DNA from: Octopus sinensis
Taxonomy: Eukaryota
Reading direction: 5' to 3'
DNA: 64,000 bases
Assembly: GCF_006345805.1 (NCBI RefSeq)
Contig: NC_043005.1
Coordinates: forward strand, 3,844,001-3,908,000
The notes under the pieces were generated by a model. It was not told where the DNA came from and did not search any database. It was given only the letters and a program-made list of their open reading frames with translations. The position numbers and the translations under genes were made by a program. Shown piece after piece: positions 62,861 to 64,000 of the stretch; position 1 is the first letter of the stretch, and each line of letters opens with the position of its first letter.

Positions 62861-63476
62861 CCCTTTCGTCACTGTATTTATTCTGAGATGTTCTGTGTTT
62901 GTTTCAATTACTTTAAATATAACAAAGAATTTAGTAAATTAACTTAGTTATCATTCAGCTAGTGTTAGGAACATAAATTGTGACTAAGGTTTGGTGGAAG
63001 ATTTTAATTCAAAACTTATGAAAATAAGACATTTGTACTACAAAGCCAGAGATGGTTTCAGCCAGGTTGATATTGAAATGGTTAAAAATATCATGGTGAC
63101 TTTAACCCTTTTGTTACCATATTTCTGTTGAGATGCTTTGTCATCATCATCATCATCATTTAACGTTCGCTTTCCATGCTAGCATGGGTTGGATGATTTG
63201 ACTGAGGACTGGCAAACCAGATGGCCGCACCAGGCTCCAGTCTTGATACAGCAGAGTTTCTACAGCTGGATGCCCTTCCTAACACCAACCACTTTCTTTT
63301 AATTAATTTTAAATATAACAAAGAATTTAGTAAAATAACTTAGTTATCATTAAGCTAGTGTTAGAAACATAAATTGTGACCAAGATTTGGTGGAAGATTT
63401 TAATTCAAAACTTATGAAAACAAGACATTTGTATTCAGAGCCAGAGATGGTTTCAGCTGGGTTGGTAATGAAAGGG
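62861..63476 (+). mobile_element. Two adjacent piggyBac-type MITEs (62861-63081, 63106-63476); the second contains an RTE tail (63141-63292)
   Basis: Each is TTAA-flanked with CCCTTT...AAA(T/G)GG termini and a homologous body. Confidence 0.85.
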
Positions 63477-63598
63477 TTAAACAGGATAAGTTTTTCAAAA
63501 CCCTACTTTCTGCTCACTCATCATTATCTTCAAGATAATTTGTATTTTACATCTTTTACACTTCATTATCATTATCCCTGCTATCATTCTATCGTTAA

Positions 63599-63817
63599 GG
63601 TGGTGAGCTGGCAGAGTCGTTAGCACACCGGGCGAAATGCTTAGCAGTATTTTGTCTGTCTTTACGTTCTGAGTTCAAATTCCGCCGAGGTCAACTTTAC
63701 CTTTCATCTTTTCAGGGTCAATAAATTAAGTACCAGTTGCGTACTGGGGTCAATCTAATAGACTGGCTCCCTCCCCCAAAATTTCAGGCCTTTCTCTCAG
63801 AGTAGAAAAGGATTATC
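63599..63817 (+). mobile_element. SINE family C reference copy
   Basis: A-box-like TGGCAGAGTCG, B-box GAGTTCAAATTCC; multiple homologues in the window. Confidence 0.75.
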
Positions 63818-64000
63818 CTTACTACCACCACCAACATCGCCTACATTATTGATAGTGTTGTTGTCATTGCTGGCGTTAACATCACAGTCATCACAACTAT
63901 CATCATCATCATTAGCAGCATGATTACTATACACGATTACCATACACTTTACCATTATAATGCCTCCCTTAATGATCACTGTTCATTTTTTATTTATTTT

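Overview
Repeat-saturated, AT-rich eukaryotic non-coding DNA (intronic or intergenic). The repeat types (tRNA-headed SINEs with internal microsatellites, a very abundant RTE-clade LINE with a (GAT)n tail, dense (AT)n/(GT)n arrays) suggest a cephalopod such as Octopus; that assignment is inference. No intact host gene, rRNA, tRNA or CRISPR array is visible, and most ORFs in the track are microsatellite translations. Supported content: three large 5'-truncated RTE LINE copies whose RT carries an embedded PHD-like C4HC3 finger; about 20 short 3' fragments of that LINE; a CR1/L2-like 3' fragment; Tc1/mariner remnants (two DD37D deletion derivatives, one inverted mariner pair, MITEs); MULE-, hAT- and piggyBac-type non-autonomous elements; a solo LTR nested in a MITE; several tRNA-derived SINE families; and a perfect 42-bp tandem array. 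The least expected signals are (1) type I hammerhead ribozyme motifs in Penelope-like remnants, plus two palindromic elements with hammerhead-core motifs, (2) the PHD finger inside the RTE RT domain, and (3) recurrent copying anomalies at RTE 5' junctions, together with repeated insertion into the central microsatellite of one SINE family. A few splice-compatible exon candidates are listed at low confidence.
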